A stretch of 64,000 bases of DNA from an uncultured Parafilimonas sp. (GTDB lineage Bacteria > Bacteroidota > Bacteroidia > Chitinophagales > Chitinophagaceae), in assembly GCA_964236165.1 (NCBI GenBank), contig CAXSDU010000001.1:92523-156522 (forward strand), in the 5' to 3' direction. Below, in pieces: positions 28,060 to 38,195 of this stretch. Every line of letters begins with the position of its first letter. Position 1 is the stretch's first letter. The notes under the pieces are model-generated. The model was not told the DNA's origin and searched no databases. It worked only from the letters and a program-made list of their open reading frames with translations. The position numbers were made by a program, and so were the translations under genes.

Positions 28060-28702
28060 ATGGCAATCATAACAACAACAAGGTATAGCACTCCTTATAC
28101 TGATTATATACAACAAGCCTACCACATAAGAGGAAGCGTTATTAACAGTGTAGCGGAAATGGAAATTGAATTAGATGATTATATATGTGAGCATTTTTGC
28201 GCTTCTAAAAACAAAAAAGAACGAATTAAAAGAGGTTATAATAGCCACAAAACATATTACTTTTTCGGCTAAAGCAGACATAATTCGATGCTTATTAGAA
28301 AGGCGTCAAGACGTAACCAAACAAGAAGCAAAGAAAATTCATACTACTTTAATTGAAAGGATAGGGAACAAAAGGAATATGGTTGCTCACTATGCTTTAG
28401 ATAATTCAATGACAGCCATAAATCGATTTGAACAAGAGAATGGCACTATATCTTTATTAAAATACTCAAACATTAAAACAGTACAACTATTTACTAAAAA
28501 AGATTTCACAGATTTATTAAGTTTAATTTTAGCTGTACGACATTTTTTTATAAAATTCAAAAGCGATAGATTTCAGAAAGATTCAAACTGGCACATCCCT
28601 CTCTTAAATTTTAGCCTGTACAAACTACAAAAAAGTCGTCAAGAGATATGCACCTATTTTAAATTAAATGTGTTGAAGCAAATAAAGGCTTTACCTACTT
28701 AG
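28060..28702 (+). pseudogene. Frameshifted gene, putative HEPN-domain protein (about 213 aa if one A is removed)
   Basis: ORFs 28060-28272 and 28175-28702 join at A-runs 28207-28218 (span is 643 nt = 3n+1); RNMVAH Rx4H motif in the second half. Confidence 0.55.
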
Positions 28703-28967
28703 TACCTTTAATGTATGTTGATGCCTTTCATCAGTCGATTAACACAACTTAACAGATACGCTATATGATGCTTTAAAAAATACAGGTATTTGTTTCAATG
28801 GTAAAATTTCCGGTTTTGTACCATCATTTATATGGTTCGGTAACATAGATAAATACTCATTACAATTTATTAATTCACTTTAACAAACCAGTGCTGTATA
28901 AACGCTTGACTTACCCCTGTTTGCACACATAATTTCATGCATTCAAAAAACAATAAAAACAAGTGTT

Positions 28968-29393
28968 ATGAAAAAGATTATTTTTTATGCCGCCTTTATG
29001 CTGATAGTATCTTCAGTTGCTGCAGCACCAACTTCAAAAATTATAAAATCATTTAATGAAACATTTCCAAACGCAAGCAACATAAAATGGAGCGATGATA
29101 AGCAGGGTTATTTTGTAAGCTTTAGTCAAAATGGAAATTTTGAAAAAGTGCTCTATAATAAAACAGGAAATTTTGTTTGCTCATGGAAATATAATGATGG
29201 TAAAGAACTTTCAACACCGATTGTTATGACATTGAAAAAAAATTATAAAGACTGCGAAATTACCGGCGTTACAGAATTTGCTACAGAACAAAACGTTACT
29301 TACGAAGTTAAACTTACCAATAGCATAAACTGGTATTCAGTAAAGGTTTCAGCCGATGGTAAAATTATAGATGCGAATAAATTCAATAATTAA
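28968..29393 (+). CDS. Secreted PepSY-like/BLIP-like domain protein
   Basis: Signal peptide; SFNETFPNASNIKW, YNKTG, YEVKL pattern. Confidence 0.65.
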   Translation: MKKIIFYAAFMLIVSSVAAAPTSKIIKSFNETFPNASNIKWSDDKQGYFVSFSQNGNFEKVLYNKTGNFVCSWKYNDGKELSTPIVMTLKKNYKDCEITGVTEFATEQNVTYEVKLTNSINWYSVKVSADGKIIDANKFNN

Positions 29394-29413
29394 AAATCAA
29401 CTTAAGGCAAGTT

Positions 29414-29998
29414 TTAATTATTGTTATAATAATCGTAAGCAAACTTTTTTAAAGCAGGAAAAAAAGAATTATAACATTGCAACAGCTCTGCATAATTATT
29501 TTTAAAACATTCAAAAGCAGCAGTGCTGTTATCTAAATATTTTGCGCGGTGTACCAAACCCGCAAAACTTTTTTCTGCTCCGTTGAATGTTCTGTAATTA
29601 TAAAGCCAGTTATCCTCTTTCATATATGGAAGCATGCGGGCAAAATTTTCAGGAAGCAGTGCTTCATAATCTGATAACATTTTATAAGTAGATAAAGAAA
29701 AATTTAAAAGACTTTCATTTATAAATTCATTTTTATCGCGGGCAAGAAAATGATCATAAGCAACATCTACAAAAGCGCCGGCATATAAACCAACTGCAGG
29801 TTTAAAAAATGTTTTCGCTTTTTTTGTTGATTCATGTGTATCTGTAAAGTCATCAATTTTGCGATGAAGTTTTATACCTTTTTGAATGCGTTCATCAAAA
29901 TCAAATTGTTTTTTGCCTTTTACAAAATCACTTATCATGTTGCCCACTAAAATTTCAGGATCATTAAAAGAAAGATATGCGTGGGCGAGAAAATTCAT
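29414..29998 (-). CDS. acpH: Acyl carrier protein phosphodiesterase (AcpH/DUF479)
   Basis: MNFLAHAYLS, GNMISDFVKG, GIKLHRKIDDFTD, VDVAYDHFLA; start moved to ATG 29998. Confidence 0.88.
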   Translation of the reverse strand: MNFLAHAYLSFNDPEILVGNMISDFVKGKKQFDFDERIQKGIKLHRKIDDFTDTHESTKKAKTFFKPAVGLYAGAFVDVAYDHFLARDKNEFINESLLNFSLSTYKMLSDYEALLPENFARMLPYMKEDNWLYNYRTFNGAEKSFAGLVHRAKYLDNSTAAFECFKNNYAELLQCYNSFFPALKKFAYDYYNNN

Positions 29999-30004
29999 GT
30001 TATA

Positions 30005-30025
30005 AGTACGAGACACGAAGTACGA
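30005..30025. repeat. Degenerate heptamer tandem repeat
   Basis: AGTACGA GACACGA AGTACGA in an 80-nt spacer. Confidence 0.45.
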
Positions 30026-30077
30026 ACGTTGAGCCAAAGTCTAGCAAATGGATGGGCGCATCGTCTCAAAGCTTCTT

Positions 30078-31508
30078 TTATTTTACATTCCTGTTTAACC
30101 AATCAGTTACTGTTTGCAATGCAACAGGTGCAATAGTTTCTTCCAATTCGCCATACTCCTGCACAGTACATTTTTTACAATTTTGAAACAAATGATTTAA
30201 GCCTGGTAATTCTTTTGTTTCGTAATTTTTTGTTTTGCCTTGTTTAAGATCTGCTTCTACTGCAGGCAGATTTTGCTGCGCAACAATCTGAATATCTTTA
30301 TCACCGTTTAATGCAAGCACTTTTACTCTTTTTAAATCAGTAAGATAAGGCTGCGGATCAAACTGTATAAAATATTTATACCAGGGATTTGCAACTGCAG
30401 CAACCATCGTTTTTGCATATTGCTCATTATCATTTTGCGAATTGAAGCCAAGCTGATGCAATGTTGTTGAATCAGTTTTAGTATACCAGTCATTTACAAT
30501 TTGTAAAGTATTTGTTCTTGCCGTTGTTGTATCAGGTGCATTTACTATTGCCATAATAACCTGCCTGTAAACAGGTTTAAAGTTTTCTACAGCTGCGGCA
30601 GGCACACCAACTGATTTTAAAACAGCAGCATTTTGTTCTGCCATCAGGTCAATTATTTTTACACCGGGCGCTGCAAGCAATACAATAAAATTAACATCTT
30701 TTCTTTGCGAGGCAACAACAGGCGCAATCATTGCGCCTTCGCTATGACCAAGCAGTCCAAGTTTTTTATCATTTATTTCAGGTCTTGATTTAAGATAATC
30801 AAAAGAAGCATTTACATCTTTTACAAAATCTGCAGTAGTTGATGTACTGAAATCTCCGGTGCTACTGCCAACACCTCTGTCATCAACGCGCAATACAACA
30901 AAACCATCTCTTGTTAATGCGTCTGCAATAACTGCAAATGGTTTATGATAAAAAATTGTTTCATCACGATCCTGCGGACCAGAACCTGTTATTAACAACA
31001 CTGCAGGAAAAGGTCCATTGCCTTGCGGAATAGTTATCGTAGCGCCATATTGCAAATTATTTCCATTATAAACAATGTCTTCGCTTTTATAAGGAAATGG
31101 CGGCTTTGGTGTTTGCGGACGAATAATATTTTTTGCTGTAAATGGAATATCAGAACGATGAAGATCGAGCGGCATATTTGCGCCTTGTGTAAAAGTGCCG
31201 CTTAGTGTTGAATCATTCAGCAATGTTCCGGTATAGTTTACTTTTAATTTATTGATTGTAAAATTTAATGTTTCTTTTCCATCAACATTTGCTACTTCAA
31301 CCTTATCGCATTTTATGCCGGTTACACTTTGATCCGGACTATCAAGCGTTCCTTCATATAAACCAGTTGGCGATTTGGTAACGTGCATCACAAGATGCAG
31401 TTCTCCTGCAACCTTAAGTGTTCCGTTCCATATACCTGTAAAATTTGATTGTGCATTTAAAAAGTTATATGCAAGCATCAGCATTATCAAAATAAATTTA
31501 TTTTTCAT
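30078..31508 (-). CDS. Secreted alpha/beta hydrolase (peptidase S9/S15-like)
   Basis: Signal peptide; ITGSGPQDRD, nucleophile GHSEG, GDKDIQ, LNHLFQ. Confidence 0.88.
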   Translation of the reverse strand: MKNKFILIMLMLAYNFLNAQSNFTGIWNGTLKVAGELHLVMHVTKSPTGLYEGTLDSPDQSVTGIKCDKVEVANVDGKETLNFTINKLKVNYTGTLLNDSTLSGTFTQGANMPLDLHRSDIPFTAKNIIRPQTPKPPFPYKSEDIVYNGNNLQYGATITIPQGNGPFPAVLLITGSGPQDRDETIFYHKPFAVIADALTRDGFVVLRVDDRGVGSSTGDFSTSTTADFVKDVNASFDYLKSRPEINDKKLGLLGHSEGAMIAPVVASQRKDVNFIVLLAAPGVKIIDLMAEQNAAVLKSVGVPAAAVENFKPVYRQVIMAIVNAPDTTTARTNTLQIVNDWYTKTDSTTLHQLGFNSQNDNEQYAKTMVAAVANPWYKYFIQFDPQPYLTDLKRVKVLALNGDKDIQIVAQQNLPAVEADLKQGKTKNYETKELPGLNHLFQNCKKCTVQEYGELEETIAPVALQTVTDWLNRNVK

Positions 31509-31510
31509 GC

Positions 31511-32449
31511 TTAGCTATTAATGTTTAAAGATTGCAGTGATTGATTAATACGATTGAAAATTTCCTCATCATTTAATGCTTCAGGTGTAAACTTTTTACC
31601 AATAACTGTTTCGTATAATTCAATATATCGTTGCGAAATAGTATTTATCCATTCATCACCCATTTCAGGTACACACTGCCCTTCCTTACCCATAAAATTA
31701 TTTTCAATCAGCCATTCCCGTACAAACTCTTTGCTTAGCTGTTTTTGTCTTTTACCATTGCGTTGTCTTTCTTCAAAACCTTCGGCATAAAAATATCGTG
31801 AGCTGTCCGGCGTATGAATTTCATCCATTAAAAAAATTTCCTCATTCAATTTACCAAATTCATATTTTGTATCTGCGAGTATCAATCCATGCCTGGCAGC
31901 AATTTCTTTTCCTTTTTCAAATAACTGCAATGCATAATTGCTTAATACTTTCCATTCTTTTTCTGTAGCAAGATTTTTTACAATAATTTCTTCAGGGCTT
32001 ATATCTTCATCATGTCCTGCTTCTGCTTTTGTGCTGGGTGTTATTATAGGTGATGGAAAAAAATCATTTTCTTTCAATCCATCCGGCATTTGTGCGCCGC
32101 ATAAAATTCTTTCACCACTTTTATATGTGCGCCATGCATGACCTACAAGATTTCCCCGCACAACCATTTCAATTTTAAAAGGGATACATTTTTTACCAAT
32201 GGAAACATTTGGTGCAGGTACATCGATAAGCCAGTTTTTACAAATACCTTTTGTGGCATTCAACATATATGCAGCAATCTGGTTTAATACCTGCCCTTTA
32301 TATGGAATTTCTTTGGGAAGTATTACATCAAAAGCTGAGATTCGGTTGCTGGCAATCATAACAAGTACATCATTATTAATAGTATAAACGTCACGCACTT
32401 TTCCCTTATAAAATGCTGATTGATTTGCAAACGCGAACGGCTGTTTCAT
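31511..32449 (-). CDS. purC: SAICAR synthase
   Basis: YKGKVRDVY, RISAFDV, TPSTKA..GHDED, LADTKYEFG, DEIHTPDSSR, LSKEFVREW; TACGTTTG promoter at 32577-32584. Confidence 0.96.
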   Translation of the reverse strand: MKQPFAFANQSAFYKGKVRDVYTINNDVLVMIASNRISAFDVILPKEIPYKGQVLNQIAAYMLNATKGICKNWLIDVPAPNVSIGKKCIPFKIEMVVRGNLVGHAWRTYKSGERILCGAQMPDGLKENDFFPSPIITPSTKAEAGHDEDISPEEIIVKNLATEKEWKVLSNYALQLFEKGKEIAARHGLILADTKYEFGKLNEEIFLMDEIHTPDSSRYFYAEGFEERQRNGKRQKQLSKEFVREWLIENNFMGKEGQCVPEMGDEWINTISQRYIELYETVIGKKFTPEALNDEEIFNRINQSLQSLNINS

Positions 32450-32719
32450 GTATGATTTTTTTATTCTCCTGTAATTTTCTGATTATTAAAAACTGATTAA
32501 TTGATTGATGATTGAATTTTATTATGATCATCCAATTTCTCTTCAAATAGAAAATTGTATTTCCATTTACAAAGCGCAAACGTACAAGAGTAAAATGACG
32601 CTTACAACATCTTTTGAAAAATTACGTTTAAGCGTAAAATAATTGTTCACACCAACTGACTATTATTTTTTTAAATATAGATTTATAATATTTATATTGC
32701 TTAGTGTAAAATTAATCTT

Positions 32720-35638
32720 ATGAGAAATACCCCGATTGTGTTGCTATGCATGTGTAGTTGCTTTTTAGCAATAAATAAAATTCATGCACAGCAAAATTTT
32801 TCTGTAACCGGTAACATTAAAAATAGTCAAACAAAAGAAAATTTGTCTGCCGTTTCCATTATTATTAAAGGCAGCACTACCGGAACCTACACAAATGAAA
32901 AAGGTGATTTTAAAATAGCTACGAATCAAAAACCTCCTTTTACAATTATTATAACTTCTATTGGCTATAGTGATAAAGAAATAAATGTTGAAAGCGAAAA
33001 TCAAACAATAACTGCAGAACTTGAGCCATCTTATGCTTTAGGCCGTGAAATTGTTGTAGCAGCTTCACGATTACCACAACGTATTCTTGAAGCGCCTGTA
33101 ACAATTGATCGTATAAGTGCAAATGCTATACGCAATGCGCCTGGCCCAAACTATTATGATGCATTAGCTAATATAAAGGGTGTTGATGTTGTAAGTTCAA
33201 GCCTTACATTTAAAACAATTTCTACACGTGGTTTTAATGGCAGTGGTAATTTACGTTTTAATCAATTGGTTGATGGAATGGATAACTCTGCTCCTGCGCT
33301 TAATTTTTCTGTAGGAAATGTAATTGGACTTACCGATCTCGATGTAGATAATATGGAATTGCTTTCAGGCGCTTCCTCCGCGTTATATGGTTCCGGTGGA
33401 ATGAACGGAACACTTCTTATAAACAGTAAAGATCCTTTTAAATACCAGGGATTTAGTATTGAAGTAAAAGAAGGCATTATGCATGTTAATGATTATCGGC
33501 ATGGTGTATCGCCATATCATGATTTTGCGTTCAGATGGGGTAAAAAAATTTCAGACAAATTTGCTTTTAAAATAGGCGCTGAATATATACGGGCAAACGA
33601 TTGGCAGGCAGATGATAGCACAGATCTTGAGCGAAATAATGTGATTAGCAATATTAAAACCGGGGCTAATAATACCAGAACCACTGATGCTAATTATGAT
33701 GGAGTAAATGTATATGGAGATGAAGTAAGTGCAGGCATGCAAGGAGTTGCAGGAGCAGGGGTTTTCGGACCCTCAAATACCAGTTTACCTTTAGTAGAAC
33801 ATGGATTAGGAATTGATCCCGCTACACCATCTTACGCATTAACCCCAACTCAACAACAGGAAATACTTACCTATTATTCACAACAGAGTCCCTCTACTTA
33901 TGGGCCATTACCTGTTTTTAGTGCCGGTATTTTAGGTGGTAAATATTTAAATCCAGACGGTTCTCCTATAAAAGTTAGCCGTACAGGATATAATGAAAAA
34001 GACCTTGTTGACTATAAAGCTTACGACTTTAAAATTTCAGGTGGCCTATATTATAAGGTTAGCAATAATACTGAAGCTTCTTTAACAGCAAATTGGGGGC
34101 AGGGAACATCTGTTTATACAGGTGCTGACAGATATTCATTAAAAAATTTCCGCATTGGGCAATACAGACTTGAATTTAAAAGCCCAATATGGTTTTTAAG
34201 AGCATACACAACACAAGAAAATTCTGGTGATTCTTATGCAACAACACTTACTGGCATAACAATAAATAGAGCATGGAAAGATGACCCTACGTGGTTTGCA
34301 ACATATGCAGCAAATTATGCAGGTGTGTTATTAACCCCAGGAGGAACTCCCGATTTGGCTAATACAACAGCACGAGCAGCAGCTGATCAGGAAAGATATT
34401 TACCGGGAACAACACAATACAATGATGCATTTAATAAATCAGTAACAACACCTATAAGTGATTCGGCTGGCTCTCAATTTGCAGATAAATCAAGTCTTTA
34501 TCAATTTGAAGGACAATATAATTTTTCACAATATGTAAAGGTGGTTGATGTATTGGTTGGCGCAGATTACCGGTTGTATCGTCTTAATTCTAATAACACT
34601 ATTTTCTATGAACCAGACGGTCCAATCAAGATTAGTGAATATGGTGCTTATGTGCAATTACAAAAATCATTATTAAATAATGTTTTGAAGCTAAGCGCTT
34701 CTGGTAGATATGATAAAAGTGAAAATTTTAAAGGACGCTTTACACCAAGAGCAACCGCAACTATTAAAGTGACAAAAGATAATAATATCAGATTATCGTA
34801 TCAACAGGCATATCGTTTTCCAAACAACCAGGATCAATATATTAATCTATTTACTCCTGGAAGTGTTTTGATAGGATGTTTACCTGAATTTAATACGCTA
34901 TATCATTTTGACACAGATCCAGTTTATACTGCTGAAAGCGTTGCATCTTACCAATCCTCTCCGGATCCTACAAAACTGGTAAAAGCAACTTTTGCACAAG
35001 CTAAGCCAGAAACAATGTCTTCTTATGAAATCGGCTATCGAGGCGTTGTCAATACAAAACTGTTAATAGATGCTTACTACTATTATAGTAAGTATAAAAA
35101 CTTTATTGGTCGTGAAGCAGTAGCCCGAGGAATTAGTGGTGACCCAAACACCTCTCTGCTAGAATTAACGAGCCCTTTCACAACTACAAATTATTCTTTT
35201 GTTGTTAACAGCCCAAATCCTGTTAAAGCTAATGGCTGGGGTATTGGTGCAGAATATCGACTTGGTAAAGGGTATACAGTTTCCGGAAATGTTTCTGGTG
35301 ATCAATTAACCGGCGTGCATGATAATTTTATTACTTTTTTTAATACACCAAAAACACGTTTTAATATTGGCTTATCCAATTCAAATTTGAGCAATGGTTT
35401 AGGATTTAATCTGATTTATAAATGGCAGGATAAAACAAATTGGGAAGGCACATTTGGTTCCGGCGAAATACCATCTTTCAGTACGCTTGATGCGCAAATC
35501 AGTTATCATTTCACCAAACAAAAAGTACTTATTAAATTGGGTGGCACCAATATTACCAATCATTATTACCGCAATGCTTTTGGTAATCCTTACATCGGCG
35601 CTTTATATTATGTAAGTATGGGTTACGATATATTCTAA
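32720..35638 (+). CDS. TonB-dependent receptor (non-SusC type)
   Basis: Signal peptide, carboxypeptidase-regulatory-like N-domain, plug (ELLSGASSALYGSGGMNG), barrel ending in Phe. Confidence 0.92.
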   Translation: MRNTPIVLLCMCSCFLAINKIHAQQNFSVTGNIKNSQTKENLSAVSIIIKGSTTGTYTNEKGDFKIATNQKPPFTIIITSIGYSDKEINVESENQTITAELEPSYALGREIVVAASRLPQRILEAPVTIDRISANAIRNAPGPNYYDALANIKGVDVVSSSLTFKTISTRGFNGSGNLRFNQLVDGMDNSAPALNFSVGNVIGLTDLDVDNMELLSGASSALYGSGGMNGTLLINSKDPFKYQGFSIEVKEGIMHVNDYRHGVSPYHDFAFRWGKKISDKFAFKIGAEYIRANDWQADDSTDLERNNVISNIKTGANNTRTTDANYDGVNVYGDEVSAGMQGVAGAGVFGPSNTSLPLVEHGLGIDPATPSYALTPTQQQEILTYYSQQSPSTYGPLPVFSAGILGGKYLNPDGSPIKVSRTGYNEKDLVDYKAYDFKISGGLYYKVSNNTEASLTANWGQGTSVYTGADRYSLKNFRIGQYRLEFKSPIWFLRAYTTQENSGDSYATTLTGITINRAWKDDPTWFATYAANYAGVLLTPGGTPDLANTTARAAADQERYLPGTTQYNDAFNKSVTTPISDSAGSQFADKSSLYQFEGQYNFSQYVKVVDVLVGADYRLYRLNSNNTIFYEPDGPIKISEYGAYVQLQKSLLNNVLKLSASGRYDKSENFKGRFTPRATATIKVTKDNNIRLSYQQAYRFPNNQDQYINLFTPGSVLIGCLPEFNTLYHFDTDPVYTAESVASYQSSPDPTKLVKATFAQAKPETMSSYEIGYRGVVNTKLLIDAYYYYSKYKNFIGREAVARGISGDPNTSLLELTSPFTTTNYSFVVNSPNPVKANGWGIGAEYRLGKGYTVSGNVSGDQLTGVHDNFITFFNTPKTRFNIGLSNSNLSNGLGFNLIYKWQDKTNWEGTFGSGEIPSFSTLDAQISYHFTKQKVLIKLGGTNITNHYYRNAFGNPYIGALYYVSMGYDIF

Positions 35639-35657
35639 TTCAAATCAAAAAATATAT

Positions 35658-35682
35658 AAGCCTCTTCATGGAGGCTTTTTTT
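35658..35682 (+). terminator. Intrinsic terminator, probably bidirectional
   Basis: AAGCCTC-TTCATG-GAGGCTT plus T run, between convergent genes. Confidence 0.8.
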
Positions 35683-38107
35683 ATTCAATTACTTTTTCAA
35701 TGTGTGTAAGCCTGCCATCTGTACTCATACCTTCTAATATTACGCGAAAACTTTTTGTTATGTCATTATTATAAAAATGAATTCTTACAGAATGGTTTTC
35801 TTTATTAGTTAATATCATCGGGTTCCAATATAATGATGTTCTTAAATCGGCTTCGTCATTCCTGCTATCGAAGGTTGCATAATTGGGTGAATAAAATTCT
35901 TTTTGCGTGGTATAACCTATAAGTATTTTATATGGAAGTCCTTTACTTTTTGTCTGTACTTCATCGCCACCTTTACGCCCATATATTGCAATGGCGCCAC
36001 TGGCGCCGCCGCCTATTGCACCTACAAAAGGCGGGCGAAAAACTTTTATATACGCAATGTCGGATATATTAAGTGTTGCAAGGTAATCGGCATCAACGGG
36101 TGATTCGTTATAAAAAAAAGAAGGTGTGCCACCACGCCAGCTTACAGAAGGTGTGCCGCCGCCTGAAGCATTAGAAATATTTAACCCTGCAACTTTACTT
36201 TGCAAATAAGTAAATACAGTTTGCGCGCTTTTACCAAAGGGATCATCCAATACATCAAACTGATAAGCATCTCCGCTGCTAAAAAGCGGCGATGTATATT
36301 TTTCGTCAAGTAGTTGCTCCGGGCTTTTTACTTTGGTAGTTACCGTTACATCTGCCAACGTTGTGCCTTGTTGCATTTTGAATAATCTTTCCTGTTCTTC
36401 AGCCAGCCTGCGCCTGTAGTTTTCTGTTGCTGTATCTGTAAACGAAACTGAATTAATTGTATCTGTGCCCGAAATTTTATTAGCCGGTAAACTTGTATTA
36501 AAAGTAACTGCTGCTGAACTTGAAAGGTTTTGATTTCCGGCAACTTTATAATAAACTTTCGTTGTATCAAATAATATAACAGAAGGTAAAGAAAATGTTG
36601 CATCGCTGCTTATAGGTGCCTGTTCTACTTTTCGCGTAGTATCTTTTTTATTATCACTCATCAATAATATAAATGCACCCTGACGTAAATCTGTTTCTGA
36701 TGCGCCAAATACTTTTCCTGTAAACGATAAATAATCTGTATCGTTCTGATATTTTATTACCGGCATTTTATTATTAACCACATCCTGCCAGCTTATGCGC
36801 CTCCAGCCATTCGTTAGCATTACAAGATCAAGTTGCTGCTGCAACGTATCGCTGTTGTTTTTAAAATAATATGCAGGATGATAAATTGTTCCTTTAAGAT
36901 CTGCCGTTAATAACAATCTTGAAATAATATCGTCGCTGCTGTCAATGCCAATGCCGGCATCAGTTATTGAAACAGAAAGATTAGCATTAATTGTATCCGG
37001 CACATCTATTACAAGTGTGTTGGGTTTTCTTTTATCTAAACCTAAATCTGCAAAACCTACTTCGGGTTCAAAGTGATAATCATTGTTATTAATAAACGTT
37101 ACGCGTTCCGCAAAAGCAACCCAGTTCGAATCAAACAGTGTTATTTGTAAAATGCCCGAAGGTAAACTGCTGGTAGGTATTGAGCCACCAGTTAAAATAT
37201 TATTCTGTAAATCAGCAGCTGCAAAATATACAAGGTGCTGCTGCATGGTTGCTGCTATAAATATTTTTTTAAAGTTATCAGGTGCATTTTCAGAACGTTG
37301 AATTTTAAAGCCGCGTGATTTATTTTCCCAGGCTATCTGCAGTGTAGCGCCTGATTGTTTTACTGCCGGTAAACTTGTTTGATAATTATTTTGTGCATCT
37401 TTCCATTTTGCCAAATAGGTTTCACCTGCTTTTGGTTCAAGCATAAATGCACCTATTCCATCGCGTTGCGTTTTAAACTGTGCAACCTGTTCTCCGCTTT
37501 TATTAACAATAATCCCCTGTACAATTGCAGGTTTTCCGTCTGTAGCCAGTGTTTTAAATGCAATTTTGCTTTCAATGCCTTCAACTAAATCTCCGCCTTC
37601 AGGCAAGAATTTTATATATGTTTTTATAGTTGTGTTATTAGCTTTTAATAAAGGCTTGCTTTGTATTATTTGTATTGACTTTCTGTATAAAAATGTAGAA
37701 TCGAAATTCAGCATCCAGTGCGTGTAAGCTTTTACATAAACAGCTCTTGCATTATATTCCAGCGGTAAACTATAATCTCCGCTGGCAGATGATTGATACA
37801 CTGCCTGCACACAATGTTTCAGCAGTTTGCCTGATGCATCAATAAAATCAATGTACAAAGTTTTACTTATGTCATCTGTATTGGCGCCTTCCATAAGATA
37901 GGCTTTAAACCAAATTGTTTCGCCGGGCGCATAAGAAGCTTTATCGTAATGCAAATAAATTTTTTCCTGCGGAAAATTATCAGCCAAAGTGTTAATTGAA
38001 TTCTTAACTGTATTCAGGTTTATTGTTTGTGCAACCAGCACAGATGCAGTTATAAAAAACAGTAGTACAAAAAATAAACGCATAAAAATTTTCAACTTCA
38101 TTTGCAA
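35681..38107 (-). CDS. Secreted macroglobulin(MG2)-like protein with C-terminal TonB-plug-like domain, no barrel
   Basis: PQEKIYLHYDKASYAPGETIWFKAY, FLPEGGDLV, DLVMLTNGWRR, IAYIKVF...GAIAIY, RTSLYWNP. Confidence 0.7.
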   Translation of the reverse strand: MQMKLKIFMRLFFVLLFFITASVLVAQTINLNTVKNSINTLADNFPQEKIYLHYDKASYAPGETIWFKAYLMEGANTDDISKTLYIDFIDASGKLLKHCVQAVYQSSASGDYSLPLEYNARAVYVKAYTHWMLNFDSTFLYRKSIQIIQSKPLLKANNTTIKTYIKFLPEGGDLVEGIESKIAFKTLATDGKPAIVQGIIVNKSGEQVAQFKTQRDGIGAFMLEPKAGETYLAKWKDAQNNYQTSLPAVKQSGATLQIAWENKSRGFKIQRSENAPDNFKKIFIAATMQQHLVYFAAADLQNNILTGGSIPTSSLPSGILQITLFDSNWVAFAERVTFINNNDYHFEPEVGFADLGLDKRKPNTLVIDVPDTINANLSVSITDAGIGIDSSDDIISRLLLTADLKGTIYHPAYYFKNNSDTLQQQLDLVMLTNGWRRISWQDVVNNKMPVIKYQNDTDYLSFTGKVFGASETDLRQGAFILLMSDNKKDTTRKVEQAPISSDATFSLPSVILFDTTKVYYKVAGNQNLSSSAAVTFNTSLPANKISGTDTINSVSFTDTATENYRRRLAEEQERLFKMQQGTTLADVTVTTKVKSPEQLLDEKYTSPLFSSGDAYQFDVLDDPFGKSAQTVFTYLQSKVAGLNISNASGGGTPSVSWRGGTPSFFYNESPVDADYLATLNISDIAYIKVFRPPFVGAIGGGASGAIAIYGRKGGDEVQTKSKGLPYKILIGYTTQKEFYSPNYATFDSRNDEADLRTSLYWNPMILTNKENHSVRIHFYNNDITKSFRVILEGMSTDGRLTHIEKVIE

Positions 38108-38195
38108 TTCTATTTAAAAAAATATTTTCAACTGTTCTATATATTTATCTTAACAGTTCATCAACAAAAAATTTACCTTACAAATTTTGTAAAGT

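Noticed and set aside
32450-32576. Long purC leader examined as a possible riboswitch
   Set aside because: Extremely AU-rich with no stable helices or recognisable purine/ZTP/PRPP aptamer motifs
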